A stretch of DNA of 64,000 nt. Origin: Octopus sinensis. Taxonomy: Eukaryota. Where the stretch lies: positions 58,218,001 through 58,282,000 of the forward strand of contig NC_042998.1 of the NCBI RefSeq assembly GCF_006345805.1. The letters run 5' to 3'. Positions 51,879 to 64,000 of this stretch are shown here, piece by piece (the first letter of the stretch is position 1; each line of letters begins with the position of its first letter). The notes beneath the pieces were generated by a model that worked only from the letters and a program-made list of their open reading frames with translations, was not told the origin of the DNA and did no database searches. The translations under genes were made by a program, and so were the position numbers.

Positions 51879-53112
51879 TACATACATTCATACATACATA
51901 TATTGATATATACACACATACACACATATTGATACACTTATGTTTTACATTTCTTAAAAAAAGAATATATATATATATATATATGCATATAGAGATATAT
52001 AAAAAAATTACAATTTGTTCTTAGTGAAAAGTCAAGTGCGTTTGCTTTATACTTGCTAAACGTACGTCATATAGCCTTATAAGGTGAAATGCGCACAAGG
52101 TTATTCTGACGTAGTTTACTTTGTACGACTTCAGAACAGATTGTTATTTATTTATCAAAATGACGAATCGCTACTAATTTACACAGACTTTTAGAAAATG
52201 AAGGCGGTATTCTTGCATGGCCTTAGCAGTGTCGGTTTAAAGAAACTAAATAATTAGAGAAACACTATGTACATGCTTTGTATGGTTGTTTTGTTTTTTA
52301 TAATTTACAAAAAGGGTTAAGCTATACCACTTTCTTACATAGACACAAAGACTCATATTTTATGGGCGGACAGGGTGACTTGCATTCATGCTGTCGATGT
52401 GCCAGTCAACCGATTTTTTTCTCCCATCATTTTAGTCGGGGGAAAAATCAGGACCCATGATACTTCACAGGGCTTCCACAACTAGTAGAAAGCGGGCAAG
52501 AAGGCATTCTGAACGGCCTGGTCTTTGTTAAAGGCAAGTAAATTTGATGTTAATAACGGGCGATGGGATTAAGTCAGTCACATAAGTATGCCACAGTGAG
52601 AAATGAACTTAAAACCTAAAGGGCCGGAACAAATATCGCCAGACATCCGCTTCAATTTTCTAACGGCTTTCCCCAGTTTGTCACCCTTAAATAATGTTTA
52701 TATCATACATATGTCACGGCCTCACCATATGGCTGGTATATAATTTATCGAAAAATGAAAGACAAAATAGACTCCACCCAGTAGGGTTTTAAATGCATTA
52801 AGAGTGACATAAATGCATTAAGAGTGACATAAATTCGAGGAAATTCAGTAGAGCATCGGATGCACTGCCGTAAGGTATAGTAATTGTATGCTCATGTCCG
52901 AGATTGGCTTCTCATTTTATCCATTATAAAGGGAAGTAATAGCTGATAGTATATCCATCCTGGGAAATGTGTAACATTGTAGTTACGTTAGAAATACTCT
53001 ACTATAAAAATACTCTACTATAATACTCTATAATTATTCTATATATATATATTTGCACAAATAATACATTTCTAAATCTCTCACAGAGATTTATGCAGTA
53101 GTGATACGATAA

Positions 53113-53480
53113 AGTAGTTGTATGCTGTCAACTTAATGTGACAGTCCCATGAAGAGAATAATACTACTGTTATTTAGCCCTAGGAATCAGCACCGCTTCC
53201 TGTCGGCCTTGACACATTTCCTGTGAACTTATGTTTACAAGGAGGAGATAAGCACCTCCACCAAGTTAAGCCAACATACAGAGACTAGTTTCTGAGTCTT
53301 TGCTCGTCTTCAGTCTGGAGTAGTAGTCTGGGTGGAGGTGCTTATCACTCCCTTGTAAACATAAGGACACAGGAAATGTGTGAAGGCCGACAGCAAGCTG
53401 TGCTGCTTCCTAGGGCTAAATAGCAGTAGTATTATTCCCTTCATGGAACTGTCACATTAAATTGACAGCATACAACTACT
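53113..53480. mobile_element. Foldback element with 150-bp inverted arms and a 68-nt spacer
   Basis: Arms 53113-53262 and 53331-53480 are reverse complements with scattered mismatches. Shares GTTGTAT..GTCAAC..TGACAG and TAGCCCTAGGAA..TTCCTGTCGGC with 16598-16815. Confidence 0.9.
53279..53317 (-). ncRNA. Minimal type I hammerhead ribozyme motif in the foldback spacer
   Basis: Minus strand CAGA-CUGAAGA-C GAG CAAAGA CUC A-GAAAC UA GUC-UCUG. Helix I is 4 bp, helix III is the palindrome ACUAGU, the triplet is GUC, and there is a C-A mismatch at the base of helix II. Confidence 0.7.
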
Positions 53481-53506
53481 TCATATATGTATATATATAT
53501 ATGTAT

Positions 53507-53596
<90 letters not shown>

Positions 53597-53797
53597 ATAT
53601 ATAACATTGTCTGGGAATCCTGAGAGGTTGGCGACACTGGACAGATATGGTGTTATTACAGCCTTTATTTTGTACCATAAAGGAAAAGTTTTCTCCTCGG
53701 TAACTGCAGCGAATTTGCCTTTTAGCAGTTGAAATATGTCGCAAACATATTTTAATTAACCTAAACTTTGCTTATACCTAAAAACTGCTTGGTTTTA

Positions 53798-53848
<51 letters not shown>

Positions 53849-54604
53849 CTCCTTAGCTTCAGCTGTTCGACTGCGGTTTAGCAGAAGTATCCTCTTGTAG
53901 GTTAGTCGAGCAAATCAGTTCTAGTACATATTTTAAACCTGGTATTTTATTTCAGTGTTGTCTTTTGCCGAGCAGTTGTCAAGCGGTGTGGATGAGGTAA
54001 AAATAAAAATAGATGCGTACGCGTGCGACAGGCTTCAGCATAATTTCCGTCAATCAAATGCACTCTCAAAGGTTTGCTGAGCAGATACTTGCCCATAGGG
54101 CTACAGTGGGACCGAACTCGAAGTTACATGGTTGCCAAGCGAACTTTTAATCACATCGGTCTTGCCCGCAAATGGAAGTTGCATGTTGAACAGAAAACCT
54201 GATTACATAAACAAAGAAAAAGCAAGATGATTCGTGTCAAATGTTGACTGAATATTATGAAGATTGTAAGCAATAATAGAATCTAATATGGATTGTGTTT
54301 GAAATAGTTGCTAAGTTTGCTTTCCAGCCACGTGGTTCGGGGTTCACTTCCACGGCGTGGTACTTTGGGCATGTGTCTTCTACTATGGCCTCCAGCCGAC
54401 TGAAGCTTTGTGAGCGAATTTTGCAGACGGAAGCTGAAAGAAGCCGTTGTGTGTGTGTACGTATGTGTATGTGTGTGTGTGTGTGTGCATGTGTGTGTGC
54501 ACGTGCAGGCGCGCGTGTCTGTGTTTGTCCCCGCCACCGCTTGACAACCGGTGTTGGCGTGTTTACGTCCCCTGGGAAAGAGACCGACAGAATAAATACC
54601 AGGC

Positions 54605-54843
54605 AAGGCGGCGAGCTAGTAGAAACGTTAGCACGCTGAGCGAAATGCTTAGTGGTATTTCGTCTGCCGCTACGTTCTGAGTTCAAATTCTGCCGAGGTC
54701 GACTTTGCCTTTCATCCTTTCGGGGTCGATTAAATAAGTACCAGTTGAAGACTGGGGTCGATATAATCGACTTAATCCGTTTGTCTCTCCTTGTTTGCCC
54801 CCTTCTGTATGAAACCCCTTGTGGGCAGTAAAGAAATAAGAAA
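54605..54843 (+). mobile_element. SINE family A inserted into a family B copy, 11-bp TSD
   Basis: AAATACCAGGC at 54594-54604 and 54844-54854. Confidence 0.85.
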
Positions 54844-57800
54844 AAATACCAGGCGTAAAAAATAAAAGCATAATCACTGGTGGGTGTGAGAGTCGATCCC
54901 TTGGATTACAAATTGTTCAAAGCAGTGCCCCAGCATTGTCGTAGTCTAACGACTGCAACAAGTAAAGCATAATAGAAATATCACAGGAGTTGTGTGACAT
55001 ATTTGATTATGCTTGATATTTTTGAAAATTCTCTTTGCTGTATTAGTTAATATGACTAAAAGCTACATAGTAGAAAGTAGCTATTAATGTTATGTAGAAA
55101 CTATATAAGAGATCTATGGTATCCCTATTTTCTGTACCTTGTAGCAGTCTGTATACTATAGCATTGATTATTACTAAAAGCTTTGTCGCTGTTAATGCTA
55201 GGTGCAGACTATATAAGAGAGCTATAATAACTCTGTATTGCTGCACAATTTAAGTGGATGTAATTGACATTGAATATGTGTAGCACTGTAGCAAAGTTAC
55301 AAAAGCGGAATAATAAGTTTTTTTTATCATTATTACTGTTTTGGTTTTGGTTTTCTCATCGTAATAATCAATCCTGCTTTCCATGCTACGATATGTTATT
55401 GGACATTACAAGGTTTCACTAAAACCTTGTGTTAGATGCTCTCTCTCGCTTTTTTATATTTAAAAGTGAAGTTGTGACAAACAAATTAACTCAACAATAG
55501 CTATTCAACACCTTTATGATCTGTAAATGGCTATCCAGGTCAAAGCTTATTCAGAAGATATTTCCACATATTGCCTTCTTCATTGATTTCCAAGTCACGT
55601 AATTACGTACGTGATAAGCACAGCTTGCTTCTTATAATAACGTTTAAAGTCGCTCGCAAAACACACATATCGAATGATAGTTTCGTAGATGCTAGCATAT
55701 TACTTCGTTCCACTTGACAAAGCAAAATATTCTTTATAACCAAGTTGTGTACTGCAAGCATTTTCAGCCGTAGACTTTCAAGAGGTCTTTGTATCTTTTG
55801 ACAATCCAATCTCCCAGTCATTTTCACATGGTTGATGGCCGTGAAGCAACCGTTTCAATCGTCTATTATTAGAAATTTATCAGAATCGTAGGTGTCCGGG
55901 TAATTTCTGCTCGACCATATTATTTGAATCCAATTAGAAAGGTTCCTCGTGTGGTTTTCTTATTCTCAAAATAAACATATTTACAGTCTGTCATGTGTGT
56001 GGGGCGGGGAGAGAAAATAGTCGACGGTATCTATTCTATTACTTGATTCAGTCTTATTTCTATTGATATACGAAATAATAAAAGAAGTCAACCACAGGAT
56101 GTGGGGTTGGTTAAATCATAACGCAAACGAACGCAACTAAACAATTCAAGGCATTTTGTGCTACGTGCAACCAATTCTTCCTGTCCACAAGGTCTTCTTT
56201 CGGATATATATTTTTCTGTTTTGCTTGTTTTAGTTGTTTGACTGCGGCCATGCTGGGGAGGTTTAGTCGAACAAATCGACCCCAGAGTATATAAATCAAG
56301 TACTTATTATATCGGTTGCCTTTTCAGAATCGCTAAGTTACTGGGACATAAACGAAACAACATCGTTTGCCAAGTAGTGAGACGGGAATAAACACGCAAA
56401 CACACAAGGACAATCATACGCGCACACAAGGACACGTATACACGCACACACACATGTATGTATGTATGTATGTATGTATGTATGTATGTATGTATGTATG
56501 TATGTATGTATGTATGTATGTATGTACGGGCTTCCACACCGTTTCAGTCAACCAAATTCCCTCACATGCCATTGGCCGGCGTAGAGCTATAGTAGAAAAC
56601 ACTTTCCCAATTTGTCCAGCAATAGGGTTGAACCCGAAACTGCATGTAGTTGTAAAGCGAGCTTCATAACTACGAAGTTGTGTCTACGCCAATACCATAA
56701 AGTTGAAAATATCTCGTTTGGATCTCAACACCAAAACTAATATTCAAAACTGAAATTGTAATGAATCACTGCAAAATGATGTTTTCTAACAAGAGTTATG
56801 TATATATAATAGACAACACCAAGGTTCGTGGATGCTAGAGAAATACTCAGATTGATCTACCAAGGTGTGTAATTATAAAATACCCAAGAGGAATATTGAA
56901 ACACGAACATTGTGGAGGTGAAGAACACGTTTTGAAAGATGACCCTTACATTATTAACTATTTATCACATGATCGTTAGCTGTAGAAAAATTTGAGGTTA
57001 ATTTGTTTGAGTTAAGCGTGTGCTAATTAACTAGGGAATAGCAATTCACAGTAAATACCATTATTAATTTAAAGTTAACTCCCTTTTATCCCAATCAGAT
57101 TTCTCTTTCAGAAATGTCTCATAAGAATGTTTCTCATAGCACTCTCCTTAAGTGCTAATTGTTAATTTCCCAATATCATTAAAACGAAATAACTCTCCGT
57201 CTCTCTACCTCTATTTCTTCCTCTCCGTGCATAGTATCTCTTAGTTTATTTTTAGAATCTTCTCACAATCCTGAATACGTCACGTCTTTCAGCTTTCACA
57301 GCAGTAAGCCTATTTGAAAGTTCGTCGTTTCTCTACATTTTGTTTTTCAATTTTCTGTATACACTGACAATCAGATCTTTTTTTTTTTTAAACTATTTTT
57401 TCTTACACTTCCTCTCTCTTACTTGCTATGTCACCTATATTTCTAATCCTTTTACTTAAAATTTGATTCCATTGTTAATTTCATTGTTTCTTTTATGTGT
57501 ATTTCCGCTTGGTCTATCATCGTCTTAATCCTACCCAAATAAATTACATTTAAGCAGTTTAACAGGTATTCCTTTCAGAAGGAATTAGTTTCATTTCTTC
57601 ATTTTCTTACTATTTTCGTACTTTGTCAAGAGTCGTTCGTTGCTGGTTGATTTAATAGGATACTGAATCCTGTCAGCAGCACAGGGGGGAGACATGCATC
57701 ACCACTTCATTCATGCATCACTACTTCATTCAGTACATTTTGATGTAAATATGTAATGTGGGGATGTATGGCACTGCCCTGCCTCAAATTTGTAAGTTGA

Positions 57801-58479
57801 TGGAACTCAGTGCACTCTTACACACTTGGTTAACATGCAGTTTCGAGTTAAAATTCTTCCACCCGTGTGTGCTTGTGTATGCTTGAGTAAGGAATGGAAC
57901 ACGAATTACAGTGACGATTAATTATGTTAATTACCAGTAACGAACCATTTCATCAGTAAATATTTTTTTGAAATCATGTTATGACTTAATAACCGTAATA
58001 CACACACACACACACACACACACATATGTATAGAATATACGAAATAAGCACTTGTATACGCGATCCGCGCTACATAAGGATGAAACCTGTAAAACCAGTT
58101 TTGCTTTGCTATAAACAGAAGTCTTCAGAAGTAAAAGCATCTCACAATATTTTATCCCTAAATGTTTATACATACCTGGGCATCCAGTCAGAGGGAAAGG
58201 AGGGAGAGGGAGAGAGAGAATGCGTTACATAATGTACTCTTTAATGAACTTTTTCATTATTAGCCCGTCTAATTGTGTATCTGTGGAAAAGTACTTGTCA
58301 TTACGAAATTTATCCTTTCATTTGTATTTCATTTCTTGCCGGAAGATACTTTTATTTTCATGGATATTAATATTCTCGTATTTATGAGCAGAAAGAAAAA
58401 TTGGCAAAAAAGTTTAAAACTTCCAAGAAGAGAATACTATTCTATATTTAAGAGATGAGGAATTATGTACATTATTTAT

Positions 58480-58553
58480 ATTATTTACATTTGACGGATA
58501 TTTGTGTTAACAGCAAAAAAGATGAGGACAAATATCCGTCAAATGTAAATAAT
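58480..58553. repeat. Perfect 26-bp inverted repeat with 22-nt loop
   Basis: ATTATTTACATTTGACGGATATTTGT / ACAAATATCCGTCAAATGTAAATAAT. Confidence 0.95.
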
Positions 58554-59741
58554 GTTCCCATAAGACACTATCAACGAATAGAAAGTGGAATGATTTCAAC
58601 CAGAGATAGAAATTACGTTTCTCCAGGACTCATCTTCCAGTGTTTTCAGGAGCATCATTTGCCCAAATATTCATAAAAAGATTGTTTAGGATTGGATTGC
58701 AAACTATCGTTTCTAACATGGAATTGCAAATTTTCTATATATTTGTATATAGAGATGCAAAGGTGGTTGACAATATACTAATTGCAACATAATATAGAAA
58801 GAAACGCAGAAGATGAGGATAAACTGAAGGAATATAACTGAAAATAATGAACCTACCTCAGTTTATGACAGCATAGCTCTAAGACACAATGGCTGAATAT
58901 CAGCCAAATTACATATTTCACCCGACATACATTATCAGGTTCTGCATCAGTCACTCCAATAGATACGAACAACTAACTTTGATACGAGTCACATATTTTG
59001 GAAGATAGATCTAATACACTGTTAATGCGGCTTCCATTTTTGCAACTTCTTTTCTCTACATCAAATATAAAAGAGTATTAACTATTTATTTTTTCAATAC
59101 GTATTAATCATGACGTTTTATAATTTGGTGTAAAATTATTATTTATAAAGAACAAGTGTATAGACAGAATGAATCCTTATCTAAGCGATCGTGGAATAGT
59201 GAAAGGCAAAATCGTGGTCTAGATATATAAATCATCTTTTACTTGTTTTACTTGCATCCATACACCACCTTAAAAAGTTTTAGTCGGAGCACCACCTTGA
59301 AACATTTTAGTTGGACAAATCAACTTTAGTACCTATGTTTTTTTGTTATTACTATTATTTTTAAAGTATGGTTACGTAATCTACAGGTCTCTTTTGCCCA
59401 GCTCATACATCAAGGAGACGTAAACAAAACAACACTGATCATCAAGCAAGTGGGGTAGGGTTAAACAGAAACAAGGACACACACGCACGCATATATACGA
59501 CGGGCAGCTGTACAGTTTCCTTCTACTAGATTTACTCACGAGGCTTTCATTGGCCAAGGGCTATCGTAGAAGACACTTGCACAGCGTGTCATGGAGAGGG
59601 ACTAAAACTGAAACCACATGGTTACCAAGTGAGCTTCTTAACCGTACAAATGGTTTTTAGCAAAGATAAAAAGCTCATATAGTTGGAAACGAAGTGTAAT
59701 CTATTAAACCGACTCCAGTAATTAGATAATGTTTCTCGTAT

Positions 59742-60620
59742 CAAAGCGGCGAGCGAGCAGAAACGTTAGCACTCCGGCCGAAAGGCTTAGCGGTATTTCG
59801 TCTGTCTTTACGTTCTGAGTTCGAATTCCGCCGAAGTCGACTTTGCCTTTCATTCTTTCGGGGTCGATTAAATAAGTACCAGTTACGCACTGGAGTCGAT
59901 GTAATCGACTTAATCCCTTTGTCTGTCCTTGTTTGTCCCCTCTATGTTTTAGCCCCTTGTGGGCAATAAAGAAATAAGAAATGTTAGCACTCCGGGCGAA
60001 AGGCGTAGTGATATTTCGTCTATCTTTACTTTCTGAGTTCGAATTCCGCTGAAGTCGACATTGCCTTTCATCCTTCCGGGGTCGATAAATTAACAGTTGC
60101 GAACTGGTGTCGATCTAATCGACTCACCCCCACCCCAAAATTTCGGGCCTTGTGCCTAGAGTAGAAAAGATTATTTATCGTATCGAAGGCGGCGAGCTGG
60201 CAGAATCGTTAGCACGCCGGGCGAAATGCGTAGCCCTATTTCGTCTGCCGTTACGTTCTGAGTTCAAATTCCGCGGAGGTCGACTTTGCCTTTCATCCTT
60301 TCGGGGTCGATTAAATAAGTACCAGTTACGCACTGGGGTCGATATAATCGACTTAATCCGTTTGTCTGTCCTTGTTTGTCCTCTCTGTGTTTAGCCCCTT
60401 GTGGGTAGTAAAGAAATAGAAATGTTAACACTCCGGGCGAAAGGCTTAGCGATATTTCGTCCGTCTTTACGTTCTGAGTTCAAATTCCGCCGGGGTCGAC
60501 TTTGCCTTTCCTCCTTTCGGGATCGATAAATTAAGTACCAGTTGCGTACTGGGGTCGATCTCTTCGACTGGCCCCCTTCACAAAAATGTCGGGCCTTGTG
60601 TCTACAGTAGAAAAGAATAT
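59742..60620 (+). repeat. Head-to-tail array of four SINE family A units (long-short-long-short)
   Basis: Four successive TTCTGAGTTC.AATTCCGC..GTCGAC.TTGCCTTTC bodies with two alternating tail types. Confidence 0.9.
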
Positions 60621-60753
60621 TTATCGTATCGATCTCCAAATGATAAAACGTAAAAGAGAATTTGGTGTGATTCAACTAAGAGTGTAATGACGCAACTAAA
60701 TATCACTAGGCTTCAATATTCGATGCGCAGCCGATTCTTTCAACTCACCACTA

Positions 60754-61267
60754 TCTATATATATAAAACTGTAGTTGTGTGAGTGTCTGTCTCCTACGAT
60801 TTAGATTCCTAACTCCTCCCACATTTTGCGGTGCAGTTTAACCAAATTCGGGTATCTTATAGTCGTGATTCATATCGAGCCTGTCTGAGTATTAGCGCGC
60901 GTCTACGGTGAGTCTACGATTTTAAAAATAATTTATCATTTTTTATTCCATTTTAATGCATAATTTTTCGTGTGTCGATGGCGGCGGAGTTGGCGTCCAC
61001 GCTCAAACACCTGCATCTGTGTTTGCTTCTCCCCCTTCTTCCCTCCCTCGTGAAGCTGTGGGGAAGGGAGTTTAAGGAAATCAACGTCGTAATGCGTTGT
61101 CAAGGAGACCAGCGTTCTTTTAGAACAACGACTTCATGGCTTGAAGACACCAAAACAGAAATGGCTAAGAAAGCACGAATTGGCATCTATAAAGGAAGTA
61201 ACTCTCTAAAAATGCTTATATAGTTATTTCCCTTACAAACCCGAGCAACGCCGGGCGATACTGCTAG
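60754..61267 (+). mobile_element. Non-autonomous Helitron-like element
   Basis: Starts A|TCTATATATATAAAA and ends CTAG|T, with the hairpin CCCGAGCAACGCCGGG (61240-61255) shortly upstream. Confidence 0.75.
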
Positions 61268-62318
61268 TTATATATATTTGTTTAAAGCATATTTCTGTTT
61301 CATGTTATAGGAAGCACCGTAGAACTGTAATACGACTACGAAAAGCCAAGAGTATACCTCGGCTGAAGCTTGTTCGCTTCATCGCTATATCGTCGGGGTA
61401 TTTAAGAAAAGTATGAACAATGGTTTCCGGTTAAAGGATAATTAATGACTTGACTGTTGATACATCATAGGTATCAAGTAAAACCCACAAAGTATACACT
61501 GTCTCATATATAGGTGCAAGCATGGCTGTGTGGTAAGAAGTTTGCTCCACAAACATGTGGTTCTGAGTTCAATCTCACTGCGCGGCTCCTTGAACAGATG
61601 TCTTCTGCTGTAGCCTCAGGCCGACTAAAGGCTTGTGAATGGATTTGATAGATGGAAACTGAAAGAATCTTGTCAAGTGTGTGTGTATGTGTGTGTGTGT
61701 ATATGTGTGTGTGTGCGTGCGTGTGTGTGTATCTTTGTGCATTTGCCTCAACCGACGCTTGACAACCAGTGTTAGTTTATTTACGTCCCTGTAACTTAGC
61801 GGTTCGACAGAAGCGACTGACAGAATAAGTACCGGGTTTTAAAATAATTAGTACTGGGGTCGATTCGATCAACTAAAATTCTTCAAGGTGGTGCCCCAGC
61901 ATGGCCGCAATCTAACGACTGAAATATGTATGTATGTATGCACATACGTATGCATGTATGTATGTGTGTACGTACGTACTATGCATGTATGTATGAATGT
62001 ATGTGTGTATGTCTGTGTACGTCCGTATGCATGTACGTATGTATATATGTGTACTACGTCTGTATCTATGTATGTATGTACATACGTATATATCTATGTA
62101 TGTATGTACGTACGTACGTACGTACATACATACGTACGTACGTATGTATGTATATATGTATGTGTGTATGTATATGTACATAGGTATGCATGTATGTATT
62201 TATGTTTGTATGTATGTATGTATGTATGTATGTATGTATGTATGTATGTATGTATGTATGTGTACGTACGTATGCATGTATGTATGTATGTATGTATGTA
62301 TGCACATACGTACATACA

Positions 62319-63104
62319 TCTATATACATAAATGTGTAACGGTATCTGTGTGTGTATGTGTTTGGGGTTACACGAACTCATCCCGCACGGTCCAACCAAT
62401 TTTAATGATTTTGGCACACAGGTAGATCACATGCCCTGAAGTTCAAATAAGACCGGAAATTTTCGAAAACTCCATAATGCTCAGTTAGCATCGATTTTTG
62501 TGAGCTCAATCGGGCGTTTGAATAGAAATTCCCATAGCGATGTTATTCTTCCTGCACCTTTTGCATTTTTTGTCCGATTTTGATGTAAATTGAGGAGCGA
62601 GCGTGGCTCATGTCAGTGAGTTGATATCAGTATATAGCGTTGACAAAAAATCGATAATTGCGCCTGAGCAGTGGTTTTATAAAATCAATAGGCTTTTTGT
62701 GAGCAAATACCAATAGGGATTTTATTTTTGGCCGTAACTTTTATATTTTCATGTAAATTGTCACATGGATTCTATATATATAGCATAACCTTCACACTTT
62801 TCTCTGGATTTTCCTGAGATTGGAGAGGCTGATCAATTTTGTAAAGAGGGTGGCGTCAAGGGGGGGGGGGCGAAATAAACAAACATGACTCTCAACGGGT
62901 CGAGGTACACCCAAAAGTTTGACTGAGATTTCAGATGGCCCAGTATGTAGGAGTATGTCGAAAGTGTTAACCGGGTAAAATTCCTGCCGAACCAGATATA
63001 AAATCTTAATGCTTAATAGTTGTCACGGGAAACGTAGAAGATTTCAATACAAGGTCAGAGGTGGGCTTAACTTCAACACGAGCAACGCTGGTTTCAACAG
63101 CTAG
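62319..63104 (+). mobile_element. Non-autonomous Helitron-like element inserted in a (TACA/TATG)n tract
   Basis: Starts A|TCTATATACATAAA and ends CTAG|T, with the decayed hairpin CACGAGCAACGCTGG similar to the 61.2-kb element. Confidence 0.7.
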
Positions 63105-63123
63105 TACATACATACGTACGTAC

Positions 63124-63154
<31 letters not shown>

Positions 63155-64000
63155 TGTATGTATGTATGTACGTACGTATGTATGTATGTATGTACGTTTG
63201 TATGTATGTGTGTATGTATGTATGCATGTATGTATGTATGCATGCATGTGTCTGTGTGCGTGCACAATCGTCCTCACTGCTTGTATTCATTTAATCATGA
63301 TCATAGTACACAGATATAACAGTAGTAACAAATTGTATATTATAATACGATTTTTTCCTATAGCGGAGAACATATTGAGATAAAGTTTGCCGATTTCTCG
63401 TTTCATGAATAATGTACTGAATATTACAGTCCAACTCTATGAACAGCCTTCGGCAACTAAATCGATACTAGAAAGAGAATACACACAACGATAAAACAAC
63501 ATGATATCCATTCATTCAGAGAGAGAGAAAGAGGGGGAGAGAGAGAAAGAGGGGGAGAGAGAGAAAGAGTGAGAGGGAGAGAGAGAGAGAGACCACTTGG
63601 AAGTTGTAACAACTTCCTGGTTAGTAAGTCGAAATTGTAGCAGAAGTTCGAATCTCAATGGGACCGTTTCTGTTTAATTATTGATCGGATTTGCGCCAAT
63701 ATTAGGCCGAAGACATTAAATCGGAAAGAGATGGCTTGATTTACCTACCAAATACTTAATCAAGACGATATTTTAGGGAATTTCCTCCGAGTGTGTGTAC
63801 ATGCGCGCGTGTGTGTGCATGCGTATGTGTGCGTGAGCGCGTGCGTGTGAGCGTGTGTGTATGTGTGCGTGCATGTATGTGTGTGTGTATCGTAAAGAGA
63901 TTATGTATACTCTTTACTCTTCTACTTGTTTCAGTCATGTAATTGTGACCATGCTGGAGCACCGCCTTTAGTCGAGCAAATCGACCCCATGACTTATTCT

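Noticed and set aside
52262-52320. KHYVHALYGCFVFY resembling the FERM L..YG..FF motif
   Set aside because: In-frame stop just upstream, weak acceptor and wrong spacing; probably chance.
52791-52830. 20-bp tandem duplication (also a 19-bp one near 57693-57730)
   Set aside because: Only two units with no spacers; ordinary slippage, not CRISPR-like.

Overview
AT-rich, microsatellite-dense animal genomic DNA. The SINE, LINE and microsatellite content looks like an octopod cephalopod (inference from recalled repeat motifs, not a database result). Most of the window reads as intron of a + strand gene for a FERM (band 4.1) domain protein. One clear coding exon lies at 16029-16496, with a probable upstream 72-nt exon (632-703) and a candidate 24-nt microexon. 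The introns hold relics of Penelope-like elements, Tc1 and mariner transposases, CR1-type and R4/Dong LINEs, several tRNA-derived SINE families (some nested, with target-site duplications), Helitron-like elements and foldback elements. The most notable unexplained signal is a set of hammerhead-ribozyme motifs on both strands, from several unrelated short repeats. Three have intact or near-intact catalytic cores (25229-25320 minus, 27426-27460 plus, 53279-53317 minus), and the last sits in the loop of a 368-bp foldback element. Five more are decayed or variant. All folds were worked out by eye and activity is untested.
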